A stretch of DNA of 64,000 nt from assembly GCA_016748015.1 (NCBI GenBank), contig JAAOMT010000436.1, positions 754,033-818,032 on the forward strand, written 5' to 3'. The notes beneath the pieces are model-generated. The model did not search any database. It was given only the letters and a program-made list of their open reading frames with translations, and was not told where the DNA came from. The translations under genes and the position numbers were made by a program. Source of the stretch: Geosiphon pyriformis uo1. Its lineage: Eukaryota; Fungi; Glomeromycota. Below are positions 1-13,300 of the stretch, piece after piece (positions within the stretch are counted from its first letter, which is position 1; each line of letters starts with the position of its first letter).

Positions 1-3000
1 AGAACCAGATTTTTGAGACAGAAGCAGCATGTTGTGGATCAGGAGAAATTGGACTCATCAATTTCCACATACCAGCCAGGAACTATAGCTGCATCAAAAT
101 TCCCATTTATAATAACACTGGAAAAGTTATAGAGATACCAGAAGAAACCATCATAAGACATTTAACTACTAAAATAGAGGACCAACCACCAAACCCCATT
201 CCAGACTTTCCACAGCTTTGTGGATATGTTGACATCACATCACAAATGATATATAAACAAAATGAATATTATTTGCTCCAACCAGAACAATTGGAACAAA
301 TGAACATAGAAAATCTAGACCCATTCCAATGCATGCAGTTAAAGATATTGCTCAACAAGTTCAATGACATCTTTGCCAGCGAAAATAAATTCGGCAGAAC
401 TAACATTATCCAGCACCAGATCAAAACTAGAGATGCTATGCCAATAAAACAATAAGCATACAGAGTACCACCTGCCAGCCATGAGATCATTCATTAAGAA
501 ATCAACTGGATGTTTGACAATGGGTTAATTCAGCCATTAATGAGTCTATGGTCATCACCAGTAGTACTCGTCTAGAAAAAAAATGGGAAAATTCACTTTT
601 GCATAGACTACAGAAAGCTTAATGAAGTCACACGTGGAAACAACTATTCAACTCCATGGATTCAAGAATTATTTGATGCTTTTGGGGGAAACAAATGGTT
701 CTCAACATTGGATTTAGATAGTGGTTATTAACAAGTAGCCATGGATCTAGTGGACAAAGAAAAGACTGCATTCACAACATGGGAGGGAAATTTTGAATTC
801 AAAGTAATACCATTTGGCTTAACAAATGTGCCAGCCACATTTCAATGGCTAATGGAAATAGTATATACCAGCTTGTTATGGAAATCAGTAGTTGTTTATT
901 TAAATGACAGCAATATGTTTTCTAAAACATTCAATAATCATTTACATCATCTACAATAAGTGTTTGAAAAGCTATAACAAGTAGGGCTAAAGTTAAATGC
1001 CAATAAGTGCTTCTTTGGCAAGACAGAATTAAACTTTTTAGGGCACATAGTAAGCAAAGACAGCATCAAAATGGATCCAAAAAAGATAGAGATAGTTAAG
1101 AACTTTCTAGTACCAACCAATGTAATGAAGTTAAAATCATTTTTAGAATTTGCAGGCTATTATCAATGCTTTATCAAAAACTTTTCCAAGATAGCTCAAT
1201 TACTCAATTATCTCCAAACCAAAAATGTGAAATATGAATAGACAGAAGCTCAACAAGAAACATTTGACACATTAAGAAGAAAGCTTATCCAAGCTCTAAT
1301 GTTGATATATCCAGATCACAGCAAACTATTCATTATTACTACTGATGTATTAAACTAAGCATTGGGAGCAGTACTATTGCAGAGAAGACTGGATGAAAAA
1401 AACATTCAGTAGCTTATGCTAATAGAAGCTTAAGTCCAGCAGAAAAGAACTATAGAACTCCAGTACTGGAACACTTAGCTATTTATTAGGCTGTTATCAA
1501 ATGGAAAGAATACTTGAATCAAAAGTTTGATGTGTACACTGATCACAAAGGATTGTCTTTAATTCAGAAGCAAGAATTTGGAGATGATCACCATGTCAGA
1601 TAAAAAATAAAACTTTTACTATTTAATTATACAGTATATTATAAAAAGGGAAAAGACAATGGAAATGCTAATGGTCTGTTACGAATGAGACAAATCTAAA
1701 AAAAACATTTCAACCCAAAAATATAACAAAAAAATAAATATACAAAAATATTAACAACTCTAACATTATATAAATACTCAATTGTTCAAGGAGAAATTAT
1801 CTCAAAAGGAACAAAACAACATAAAACAACAATCAAAATATTTTATCAACTACCAAAATATACTTTACTGAAAAAACAGAAAAAATCCAGATCAACTAAC
1901 CAGAGTAATTACAGAACCAAAAAAAGAGACAATATTATTCAACATGCACTTAGATCCAACAGCAGAACATTTTCATAAAGAAGCAACCATAGAAAAAATC
2001 AGAAAAAGATATTATTGACCATCAATGTATCCAAACATCATCCAATATGTTTAAAATTGTGATGCTTGTTAGAGAAGAGAAGAAACAAAACCCAGTGAAC
2101 CATTAAGACCAATCTAAGTAGAACAACTATTCAATTGCATTGGAATTGACTTAGTTGGACCATTAACAATTACCAGCAGAGGCAACAGATATATTGTAGT
2201 AGCCATGGATTATCTCACAAAATGGCCAGAAGCAAAAGCTATTCAAAGGGCAGATGCAGAATCCATTGCCAAATTTGTTCATCAAGACTTGATCTGTCAA
2301 CATGGATGTCCAAAAAAATTGTTATTGGATCAAGGAACTCACTTTGTGAATAGAACATTAACAGAATTGAGTCAAAAATTTGGGATAAAAAGACCATTAT
2401 TATTACCTTACCATCCACAAACAAATGGGTTAGTTGAAAAATTTAACAGAATATTGTGTAAAGCCATTGCCAAAATCAGCCAAGAAAACCAGAACAAATG
2501 GGATTTGATTATATCATTAGTATTATTTGCTTATTAGACAATGAAGCAAGACACTACATAAGCAACACTATTTGAATTAGTATACGGTAGAACAACAATA
2601 TTACCAGTTGAGATAGAAATCAAGACATATCCAACAGAACCAATAACAGAAGAGAATTTTCAAAAAACACTGTTGAAAAAAACATATGACTTAATAGAGA
2701 CATTAGAAAACACACAGCAAAAGGCAGTTAATAACATCCAAAAGTCACAAAAAAAACAAAAAAAAAGACATAATAACCAACTAGAGAAACCAGTTGAATT
2801 CAAGATTGGAGACAAAGTACTTCTGTATTATACTAAAACAGAAAAACAATGAAATGGAAAATTTGACCCCAAATGGGACAGACTATTTCACATAGAAAAA
2901 ATTCTTGGAAATGGAGCTTATAAATTAAAATTAAACAACAAAATTTTAATCAAGACAGTATATGATGATTGACTAAAACAATATTACTATATAGCATTAT

Positions 3001-3108
3001 CATTCATCAGTAATATTCTACAATTAGGGGTACAGAGAATATTAGTCAGACCAGATGAGATTTTACAAAATCAAGAACCAATTATAATTATTGGACTGAA
3101 CATGTAAA
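1..3108 (+). pseudogene. Gypsy pol remnant (RT-RNaseH-integrase with GPF/Y-type C-terminus), many nonsense mutations
   Basis: ORF fragments 246-455, 741-959 and 2205-2537; the stops inspected are single transitions of CAA/CAG/TGG/CGA codons. Confidence 0.93.
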
Positions 3109-3166
3109 ATTGAACAATGAAAAGAATATATAAAGACACAATATATGTAACAAAAAACAACAGAAA

Positions 3167-4799
3167 ATGGAGATTACTAACAGCATCTACTCACTAGCAC
3201 AACAACTTTTCAACTGATCCAACAACAAAAAATGGAAATTACAATTAACCAATAAACTATCAGGTACACACATACCAAAAGAAAACCATGGAATAAAATA
3301 AGAAAAAATACAGAAAATACTGTTGACAAAATAATCTCAAAAGTAAAATTGACAATAAAAACACAACCAAAAGTCACCCAATATCAAGAGTTGACTATAG
3401 AAACTTGGAATTGGTGAATACAACAATTTCTAAGAAACTTTTGTTACTTTTACTTGGAACAACACATGAATATTGTTACCAATAGAATTTTAGCTATTAA
3501 TTAGCATAAAATTACCCTTATAATTCTTATAATTAATTAGTATATTAATATCATTTCAAATTATCATTTATTATTTAATCAATTATCACATATCACAATT
3601 CAATTAAATAATCCAATTAGTATAACAGAAAGTAAGATGATCAAATTACACAATACTCTGAACTTTGTAACATTCAAAAATTTGCCAAAATTTACAGAAA
3701 TTCACCAAAATTTATAAGAAATTCACCGAAATTTATAGAAATTCACCGAAATTATGAATAGTTCACCCAAATTAATTAATAGTTCAGCAAAATAACTTGT
3801 AGTCCATCAAAATGTATCTTTAGTTCGCCGAAATTTGAGCAAAGAAAAAAAGTGCAAGTTCATAGACTAGTATTACAACAAGTTGTATAAAAAAAGAGCT
3901 TTTCTCTTCAAGAAAATATATTTTACTTTAGATTTATTACTTAGAATCATTCCTACACACACAAAAAAAAAAATATCAAATAATTTGAAAAACCAAATTC
4001 TTTAATTATTCCACTTGGAAAATCCCCAAAACCCAACTAACATTTTGAAATTGATTAGCTACCAATTTCAGTAAACTGTTAGTGACTCCAGACTTGGATA
4101 GAAAACGTTTCCCTTGACAGAATTTAATTTCTTTTACATTTTTTTTATTTTTTTTTATTTTCTTACTATAATCATTAAGGTAGTCTACAGACAAGATTTC
4201 TGTAGAAAGATTGACTTTCACAGCAAAGTAACTACACAATTTGGTGAGCTTCCAGATGAGCAATTCCTGGGAAAGAGTTGATGTTTACTACAACGTAACT
4301 ACACAAAGTAACTGGCATGGAATTGGCCATTCCACTTATAAGCCCAGCAATTCAAATTATAAGAAATAATTTGAAGATAAATTCAGTACTGGAGGTTCAA
4401 CTACTTCTAGAAAACGTGAATTTGCAACCAACAGATATTTACAACATTCAAGAAAAGAGACCAAAAACCTCCAGTAACAACATTAAGAATTTATACATAG
4501 ATAAAACAAAACAATTATTTGATACAACAATACTATAACAACTGGAACATTTTGTGGGGAAAAACAATTTGACTACACAAACAAAAGCCATCTATCGGCT
4601 ACATATTAGATTTCAAGATTGACCAGAAATCTTACTCAATCTAGAAATAAACTTCATTACCATTAACCAGATGGGAAAAATAACAAATGCTCAATTTGAA
4701 AAATTACAGAACAAGATAGCACAAATAATTTTTAAAAAAGAAATTCAAGAAATACTCAAAGACAGAGAATTAGAATTAGGAGATCTCAATGGAGCTTAA
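3167..4799 (+). pseudogene. ORF3 of Gypsy copy 1 (unknown function), split by a solo-LTR insertion
   Basis: MEITNSIYSLAQQLFQLIQQQ... at 3167-3473 and NLYIDKTKQLFDTTIL... after 4483 match the ORF at 43473-44141. Confidence 0.8.
3474..4479 (+). mobile_element. Solo LTR (1006 bp) of a second LTR family
   Basis: Termini TGTTAC...GTAACA; 4-bp TSD ATAT(3470-3473)/ACAT(4480-4483); the empty site is visible in copy 2 near 43800 (atatgaacatttag); internal AAATTCACCGAAATT repeats at 3680-3840. Orientation is tentative. Confidence 0.9.
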
Positions 4800-4819
4800 T
4801 AGTAAAGAGAAGGGAATAA

Positions 4820-5682
4820 TGTTACTTATAGAATATAAGAAGTATATTAGCATATAAATTAGCTAATCAGAAGTAGCCATAGTAAATGTGGAATTCCAGA
4901 ATTTTTCTCAAAGGAATTGGAGAATTCCAAGAATTTCAGAATTCTCATACAAGAAATTGCAGAATTCCAAAATTTCAGGATTTCTTGCAAAGGAATTGCA
5001 GGATTCCAGAATTGCAGGATTCCTTGCAGAGAAATTGCAGGATTCCAGAAATTCTAGGATTTCTGGTGTAAAGAATTGAGGAATTTCAATTATGTATATA
5101 TAGTGGTAGTGTTAGAAGTAAAAAAACAGATCTTTCAGTTTAGATTTAATTTAAGCAATCTTCCAATTTACAAATATTAATAAAGAATTATTTGATATCT
5201 CAATCCATTTTTTATTATCAACACTTCATGTTGATAGTCTCAAATACTTGACTACACTGGAACAATAGCTTTTGATCATGACTATTGATGAGATACTAAC
5301 AATCATTGTCTTGGCTTATTTCTTTTATTTTATTTTATTTTCTGTTGTTATTTCTTTTGTATATTACTAACTGGATTAAAAAAATTCATACACAGAGGTA
5401 CTGATGTCAGGATATAGCATTGGTATAAGACCCAGGATTAAGAGTAGACACTCAGAATTGAGGATAGCTTACCAGGAAGATTACCAGCCATTATGCTGAG
5501 AAAAAAATTGATGAAACTGTAATTTCGAAAAGCTACAGATAAAAAAAACCAATTACATCTCTGTTTATTATACAAAGAACTCCATAACAAAACTTTTAGA
5601 TATCAATATACCAAAATACTATGCAAGCATCAAGTTATGGGTTTGTTATTTGATTTAAGATCTCAAATAATTACTTGTAACA
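4820..5682 (+). repeat. 3' LTR of Gypsy copy 1 (863 bp)
   Basis: TGTTAC...GTAACA, preceded by a PPT; homologous to the LTRs at 31992-32816 and 44156-45030, including the GAATTCCAG tandem array. Confidence 0.92.
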
Positions 5683-8380
5683 ATAATAATTTTAAAATTT
5701 CTAAAAACAGAAAAAAATTCCAAATACCAATCACTAAAAACAAAATTTTTGTATAAAACAGTATATATTACAGTATTAAATAAACACAATAACAATAACT
5801 AAAATACACAAAATAAAATCTGTACAAATTAAAAAAAAAATTTATATAATAATCTAAAAATTCAACAAAGCTTTACAAGTAATAGAATTTATTATACATA
5901 AAAATAAATAATCAAAAAACTTTATATTATTATAAAAGAAACATTATACACTATAATAACATTTATTATACAAATATTTGTAAATAATTACAGACAATTA
6001 ATAATACAAAGCTTTTATAAAACAAAACAAATACAATAGTAATTTAATTTATATAGTCAGCTATTATATAAAAATCCAAATATTACACCAGAAAAGAATT
6101 AATTTGATCTATATTTTCAATTAAACTTTGGTTTAAAATTTTGGTATTACAATTAATTTTTTAATGAACACACTAAACAATTTGAAAATTTTTATAAATA
6201 AAATACTTTATATTTTTAAAAACACATATACTATTGACTTTTAAATTTTTTTTAATAATATTTAACAACAGTTATAAAAATTAGACAAAATCAAAACAAA
6301 CTCCAAAAAACATAAAAAATTAATATTTAGCAATTTATTATATATTTGACAAAATTTAAAATACTTAAAAGTTAAATATCTATTATAAAAGAAAAAAATA
6401 CTTAATAATTTGTTAAAACATCCAAATATATAACTGTTCAAACAAACCAAAAAGAAACCAAATCACAAAAATCAAATTGTTTTTAATATTAAAAGTTTTT
6501 TTAGTGGAAATTTTTATTTTTTTTATTATTGTTTAATAAATACAAGACTAAAATATTTAATTGAATAACAGATATTAAAAAAGACAGAATTTTTAAGAAT
6601 TATAAACATTAAAATATCTTCTATAAACTTAAATGCTAATAATAGAATGTTGTTTAGAAACAAATTATGATCACAAAAAATCTTAGCTATTTTAGCCAAA
6701 AAGTTGTTAACTAAACTAATTTTAAAACAAATTAAAAAAAACAAAAAATATCAAAAAAACCAATTTAATACTTAAAAATCTAAAGATTTATGATTAAACA
6801 ACTGATCTAAAATAATATCAGTATTAAAAAAATTTAAGACAAAAACTAATTTATGTTCAGTTTGTATTTGCTTAAAAAACTTTAAGCCATAAAAAAAGAA
6901 ATAATAAATTGTATTATTTGAAAAGTCTAAAAGCAGACCAAATTTTAATTTTAAACTTTTTCAAACCAAAGTGTTTTATTTATTATATACACTACATAAA
7001 ACAAAGTTAAATTTAATCTTATAATTAATAATAAAATGTAAAACAACCAAAACCAAATAAAAAAATTGTTTATTAGATAGAATCTTTTTTAAAACTTTGT
7101 TTATAAAAAACCTAATATTTAAATAAGCTTTGATTAAACTAAACTTTGACAAACTATTTGTAAACAAAAAAATAACTAAATATCTATAAGTTTTTTCTTT
7201 TTTGACAATTAAAATAGACAGATTACTAATTATTAATAAAAAAACACCAACTTTATAGTTAATAAAAATAGCCACTATTTTACTATTATTAATCAAAATA
7301 TTATTAATTTGAAAAATTTAATAACAATATTTAAAATATACTAAGTTATAGCTTAATTATTATTCACTTAAATTATGTTATTAATAAAAACACCAGCAAT
7401 AAAAAAAAACATAAAATATATCTGAGTTTTAACTTGCTTAGCTCTAGTTACAAACTTGAAATCAACTTTGTACTTATATATGTTTCTGTTTTTTGATTTT
7501 ACACAAAAAAAATTATAAATATATGCCAAAGAAAAGAAAAAAAATCTTATTCTAATCTAATTTATTATAAACATAATAATTATTTGTTAGACTAAAATTA
7601 ATCATAACTTGATTGATCTAATTATTGTGAATATTATCAAAAAATCTAACAAATTTGTTACATATTTTGATTTTAAATAAACTGTTTTTAAGTATTTTTA
7701 AGTCATAAAATTATATGTTTTATACATATTTTATAAAACTAATTAAAGTTTACAGTTTTTTTTAAAATATTTTTTACTACTAAACCAATTATAAAAATAA
7801 AAGATTGTATCATTATATTTTTTAATACTGAAAAATTATTCTTACAAAAAACATTAAACTTATTATATATTAAAAAAATTCTGTTAGACAAGATTTTTAA
7901 TTTTTTTTCTAAGATGTTTTAATTAAAGCAATAAACTAAATATTTATTAGAACATCTTTTTATTTGTATGACTTAAAGCTCATTAAAATTTATGTTTCTT
8001 TTTAAAACTAAGAAACAAATTTTATATATTAAGCAAAAGTTTATAAAATCTAAAAGTATATCTATTATTATTTTGTTATAATATTTTTATAACTTATTTG
8101 AAATACTAAAAAACCAGCAGCTTTTCTGTTAGATAGCTCTATTATTATATTTAACAACTTATTAAAATTAATAGAATATATAACATTAAAAAAAGCATTA
8201 TTAGCAATATAACTTAGTAAGAGATATTATTAATATTATATCTTAAATATTACTTTCAATATTTTTTGTTTTCTTATTTAATCCTTTATAATCTTATTTA
8301 CCTTAAACTTAATCAATTCAAATTTTAATATTAGCTCTATATTTACAATTAAATAATCCAAAACTACTTTATAAAAAAAA
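5683..8380 (-). mobile_element. Heavily eroded LINE ORF2 remnant (RT to C-terminal zinc finger), into which Gypsy copy 1 inserted
   Basis: ORF fragments 6976-7296 (TYRYLVIFL..., KQFFYLVLVVLH) and 6526-6744 (NNFLAKIAKIF) match LINE ORF2 at 12714-13520. Confidence 0.85.
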
Positions 8381-8530
8381 CATACTTTTTTTCTCTCTTA
8401 CCTTCAAAAATTCTCAAACGAGCACATTTCTAATAAAGAAGTTTTTTGTTTTCTCTGTTAGTTTTATTTCTATATTTCTTTAACTAATAATTCCTTTGTG
8501 GTAGATTTGGTGGCTGCTTCAGATAGTAAC

Positions 8531-10360
8531 ATATCTAAAAAGAAGGCACCCAAGAGTGTTTTTCATGATCCTGCTGGTGGTTCTTTTTTACAGAAAAAGA
8601 AAGTTGTTCTTGGGAATGTTAAACATTCTGGTGATGAAAAGGATGTTTTTTTAATATCTGAATCTGACAGTAATGTGTATTCTAATGTAGAAAGCTTGTC
8701 TGGTGATGATGTAGATATTGACATGTCTGGTGTTAGTAATGGTTCTATCTTGGGTTCAGCTGCAAACACTTCTAAAGTGAAGTGCATTAACACTAGTACT
8801 GATTTTGGCTCCCCTTTTGGTTCTCCCAACTATGATATAGAGAATAAGTTAGAACTCCTTCCACCTTCTCTCAAGATAACTTTGAATATAAAGTGGATTG
8901 ATCTCAAAATCATGAAAACATCTGTAAAAGTGGCTGTAAACAAATCTTTTGCTTTGAATATTAATCTTTCGACTGTGAAAAAAAAATTGGCAACAGCAAA
9001 AACGCAACTCATCAGAAAAACTTTTTCAAAAATCTGTGGTTTTGGGAGGGCCACTACTCTCTCAAAATTCGAAGAGATCATTCAATCTACTTTTACATCA
9101 GAGAACAATATGAAAAAGGCCATATCATTGGTCTTAGAAAATGAAATTACCATAAACACCAATCTTAAAAGACAAGGAGTGTGTTTGAACTGGGCTGTAG
9201 TAATTAAAAAAATTCCCATGGACATGCCAAAGGAGATGATTATTGCTGCAGTTGCCAAATTTGAAGAAATTAAATCTATTAAAATACAATTAATTGGGTT
9301 ATAACAGAAGGCTGTGGTAGAGTTTGCTGAATCAGATTAAGCTAATTTGTTGGCTTCAAGGTAATCATTTCTGATTAAGAAAGATTCAATGCACATGGCC
9401 AAAGCTGTGAGTAATTGGGAGATTTGGGCATCTAGAAATTGGTACAGAGCACTTTTGTTTACATTGCCAATAGGTACTATAGCTTATAATTTGGGTAATC
9501 TTTTGAAAGGAGCTGGTAGGAAGACTTGCTTTATTAATTGTTTGTTGATAACTGGCAATAGGATCTCCTGTGTTGTTGTTTGTTTTGATTCTGATGAGAC
9601 ATTAAAGTCTGCATTTCACATGGAGCTGATTCTTGGCAGTATTAAGCTCTCTTGGGCAAGAATGGATGTGATTTGGCATGAAAAGTGTAAGAGGTTTGGT
9701 TATTTTGCTTTGGAGTGTGACACACCAGTTGCATCCACTTCTAAGCTTTCAAAAGCATTTAAAAAAGTTGCTTCTAATAAATGTCATTTTCAATTGGCAA
9801 GATTGTATAAAAAGAAAAGTGTTCTGATATCTCGTCCTACTGCCTTTAGTGGCAAAACTTGGGCCCAGGTGGTCTCACTTGCTGGTTCTTCTGATGGTCT
9901 TTACTTTAGTTCTGGTTCTGATTTCTTTTTCTCTGACACCTCAGATTTGAATAGTGGTTTTCCTCTTGTTTTGGCTGATAACTCATCCTTGAATGTTTGT
10001 TTGGCCTCTTTAGAATGCTCCTTGAAGCTCTTGGCAGATCAGATTTCTAGTATTTTGAAAAAGTTGAGTTTTGTAGAATTGGTACTGGCACTCTCTTTGG
10101 CCACTCCTACATCTTTGGTGTTACATTTGGACATGGATATGGCTTTAGATAGTGTGTTGATGCCATCTGCTTCTCCTTTTTCAGCTGCTGGTAATGTAGT
10201 CTCTGACTTCAGCTCAAGTAGTTCTAAGGTTTTGACCTTTAAGGTGGGCAGTTTGAAATCAAAAATGGTAGCTTTGGAGGTCTTGATCAGTTTGGTTTTA
10301 GAAAAGTTAGATCATTTGTGTTCTGGTTTAGGTTTTTCAGCTCTTTCTTTATTTCAATGA
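8531..10360 (+). pseudogene. LINE ORF1 (gag-like nucleic-acid-binding protein with a degenerate CCHC knuckle)
   Basis: ORFs 8498-9304 and 9389-10360 share one frame; HEKCKRFGYFALEC is a decayed CX2CX4HX4C; the start is probably ATA 8531, which reads ATG in the minus copy near 49157 (ATG TCT AAA). Confidence 0.85.
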
Positions 10361-13300
10361 GTGATTTGGTGTAAAAAGTGGTTATGTATAATATCAGAGG
10401 CATAAACAATCCTGCCAAACAAGAAAATATTATTTACTGACATAGAGAAATGTGCAATTTAATTTCTGTGATTACAGAGACAAAGTTAAGAGGCAAAATT
10501 TGTCCATGGATTATGAATAAGTTTAATGGTGTTTGAGTGTTTACTTCTGGTTTGGAGTCTGGTTACTTGGGTTTAGGTGTAGCCATAATTATGAATGTTT
10601 TTCTAGTACAGCATATGTGTAAAGTTTCTGAGGTGTCTGGTTGATTTATTTCTGTAAAGTTACTTTTTAAGAACAAACTTTCAGTAACAGTTTTGGGCTT
10701 GTATGGAGATGTTACTTTAGAAAAAAGGCTGGCTTACTCACATGTTATCAATTCAATGGTGGCTGAGACTTTGAATGGCAGTATATTTGTTGTTCTTAGT
10801 GGTGACTTTAATGAGAATGATTCTGGTCGTAGTGTAAGCTTTAAGAAATTTTTGGATCTGGATTTGCTTGATTCTTTATATGGTTCTCTTTTGCACAAAC
10901 TTTCCACATGGTTCAATTCAAGGGGTGTTCAAAAGTGTATAGACTTTATTTTAGTTAATGATGGTCTTCGTAGTTCTTCTTTCAACCAGCAGGTTTACTG
11001 TCTGGATGAATTTTTTGATTTTGATTACTTGGTCATATTGGTGGACATTGGTTTGAAAGGCCTTCTCAGTTTTTAGCTCATTTTAGTACACAAACAGGCT
11101 ACAAAAGATAAGTAGAGATACAAAGTCAGCAATGTCAGTAGAGAAATTTGGAAAAAGTTTGGGAATTTATCTTTGGCTGCTGCTTCGATGACCATTAATG
11201 ACTTTAAATATTATGAAAATAAAGGTAACATCAATAGAATGTAGACACTACTCTGTTGAATAGTGTGCTTTGCAGCAGAAGCTCTCTTATAAAGACATAG
11301 TTTAAAGATAGTGAGTTGGTCAAATTTGCTGCATTCTCTAGATTTTACAAGTTGGAACTGTTGGTGGTAAAAATTTTGAAAGCATATAAGTCAAATGATT
11401 TGGGGAGATTTTAGGCTTTGGTCAATAAATAAGTTGACTTGGACTTTGACTAAGCTGTGGAGTTCAAGGGATTTTTGAACAATGGTCATAACAAAGTGAT
11501 GGTTGAACAATTACTGACTTGTTTTAAGAAATTATATAGGTTTCATAAGTTTTTAGATTCCAAGACTACTGAGAATTCTCAGATCAGGGCAGCTATTGTT
11601 AAACATATAGAAGCTTTTGCAAACAATAAGAGTCAAATAATTAGGAGTGTATTGGAGAAGCTTTTTAGAAAAGTTACATTAAATTATCTGATTGATAATA
11701 AAGATTTGGTTTTAGAGCTGGATTTGGTCAAGTACAAAGTGAATTCAATTATAGAAAATTGGATCAGGAAGTACACAATTAAATTTTTTGTTTTTTATTA
11801 TTAACAAAGACAATTTGCACCTTTCAATTATATTGATAATGGTGTGTTTTCTGGCATAATAAAGCAAATTGATTTTGATGAGTTTTTGTTGGTAATCAAG
11901 AATCTTCCTAATGGCAAAGCTGCTGGATTGTTTGGTATCTCTAATAAAATATGGAAACATTGTGATGAGTTTGTTCTGATTCTTTTTCTATGTCTGCTCA
12001 ACTTGTGTTTGGCATGTAAATCTGTTTCTAATGCTTAGAAAGAAGTCTGAATATTCATAATTCTGAAATCTTATGAGTGGAAAGGAGTTTTAATGAACAC
12101 TAAACCTATTGCTTTTATTGAGACTGCTAGGAAAATTCTCTCAAAGATTCTGTCTGATCATATTTTGAAGGCTTGCAGCACACACAACATTCTGCATGGT
12201 GACAATTTTTTGGTTTTAAAAGGCACTTTTACTCAGTCTCTTATTTTTATTGTAGGATCTGTTGTAGAAAATGCTTTGAAAAAGAACAGAGAAATCTGGT
12301 TGGTTCTTCAGAACATGAGCAAAGCTTATAATTCAGTAGGCTGGTTGCATTTGAAAAACAGTCTGAAAAGAATCAAAATGTGTGAAAAGTTTGTTAGGTT
12401 TTTTGGTCATATTTACAATAGCTACATGAATAGAGTTATGACAGACTTTGGTTTGTCTAAAGATTATAAAGTCCATGATGGTTTGGACCAGAGTGAAGTT
12501 TTTTCTCCTTTTTTGTGGAGGATTTTTTATAATTCTTTGTTGTGTGAGGTCAAAAAACATGATTTGCTTTTTGGATATTAAGTTGATTCCAAATTTGTGG
12601 CCAGAATGGACAGAATCGAGTCAAATGCTGGTTTGACTTCATATTTGGCTGCTGGTGCTTTTATGGATAATATTATTTGGGTTGACAATTGTCGCACAGT
12701 AACATAGAACATTTTGAATATTGCTAGCAAGTTCTTTAATTTAATGAATATATCAATCAACACAGATAAAATGGTTGTTATTCCTATCAACTTGAAAACT
12801 AGTGATATCTTTTTAAATATTAGTGGATCTCTAATTTTAATTACAAAGACTGGTGAGACTTATCAGTATTTGGGCATTTTTTTGTTAACTAAAAGTCTTT
12901 CTGGTCCAAGTTTAAAGAAAGCAAATTTGGATGTAAAGTTTTTCTCATCCATGGTTTTGTGCAAAGCTATTTTGAACAAACAGTTCTCTTATTTAGTCTT
13001 GATTATTTTACAGTCTATAGTGGAATACAGAACTCAGTTTAGTTTTATCAATAGAGATATGTGCAAGAAATAAGTTCATATAATTAGAAAAAAATTGAAG
13101 TCTAAGGCCAGTTTGCCCAAAGATTTTCCTAATAAGGCTGTACACCATCTATCTTTGTACAATTTGAAACTTTTCGAGCAAGTTCAGGCAAAAGAAAAGG
13201 TGATATTGGTGTTGCAGTTTGCTAATGATAAAAGAATAATGAATCAACTTTTTGAACATAGGTCAATGAATTTCCAAGTTTTGGGCTGAGTACTTCAGAA

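Larger units (their letters stand above)
1..5682 (+). mobile_element. Ty3/Gypsy LTR retrotransposon, copy 1 (3' half: end of pol, ORF3, PPT, 3' LTR); the 5' part lies outside the window
   Basis: Degenerate RT (KTAFTTWEGNFEFKVIPFGLTNVPATFQ, YLND from YLDD), RNase H (YTDHKGL), integrase (DYLTKWPEA, DQGTHF, YHPQTNGLVE), purine tract 4801-4819, LTR 4820-5682. Colinear with the complete copy at 31992-45030. Confidence 0.95.

Noticed and set aside
4886-5079. Repetitive ORFs and a CRISPR-like periodic array
   Set aside because: These are tandem repeats inside the LTR U3 with no unique spacers and no cas genes, in a eukaryotic context.
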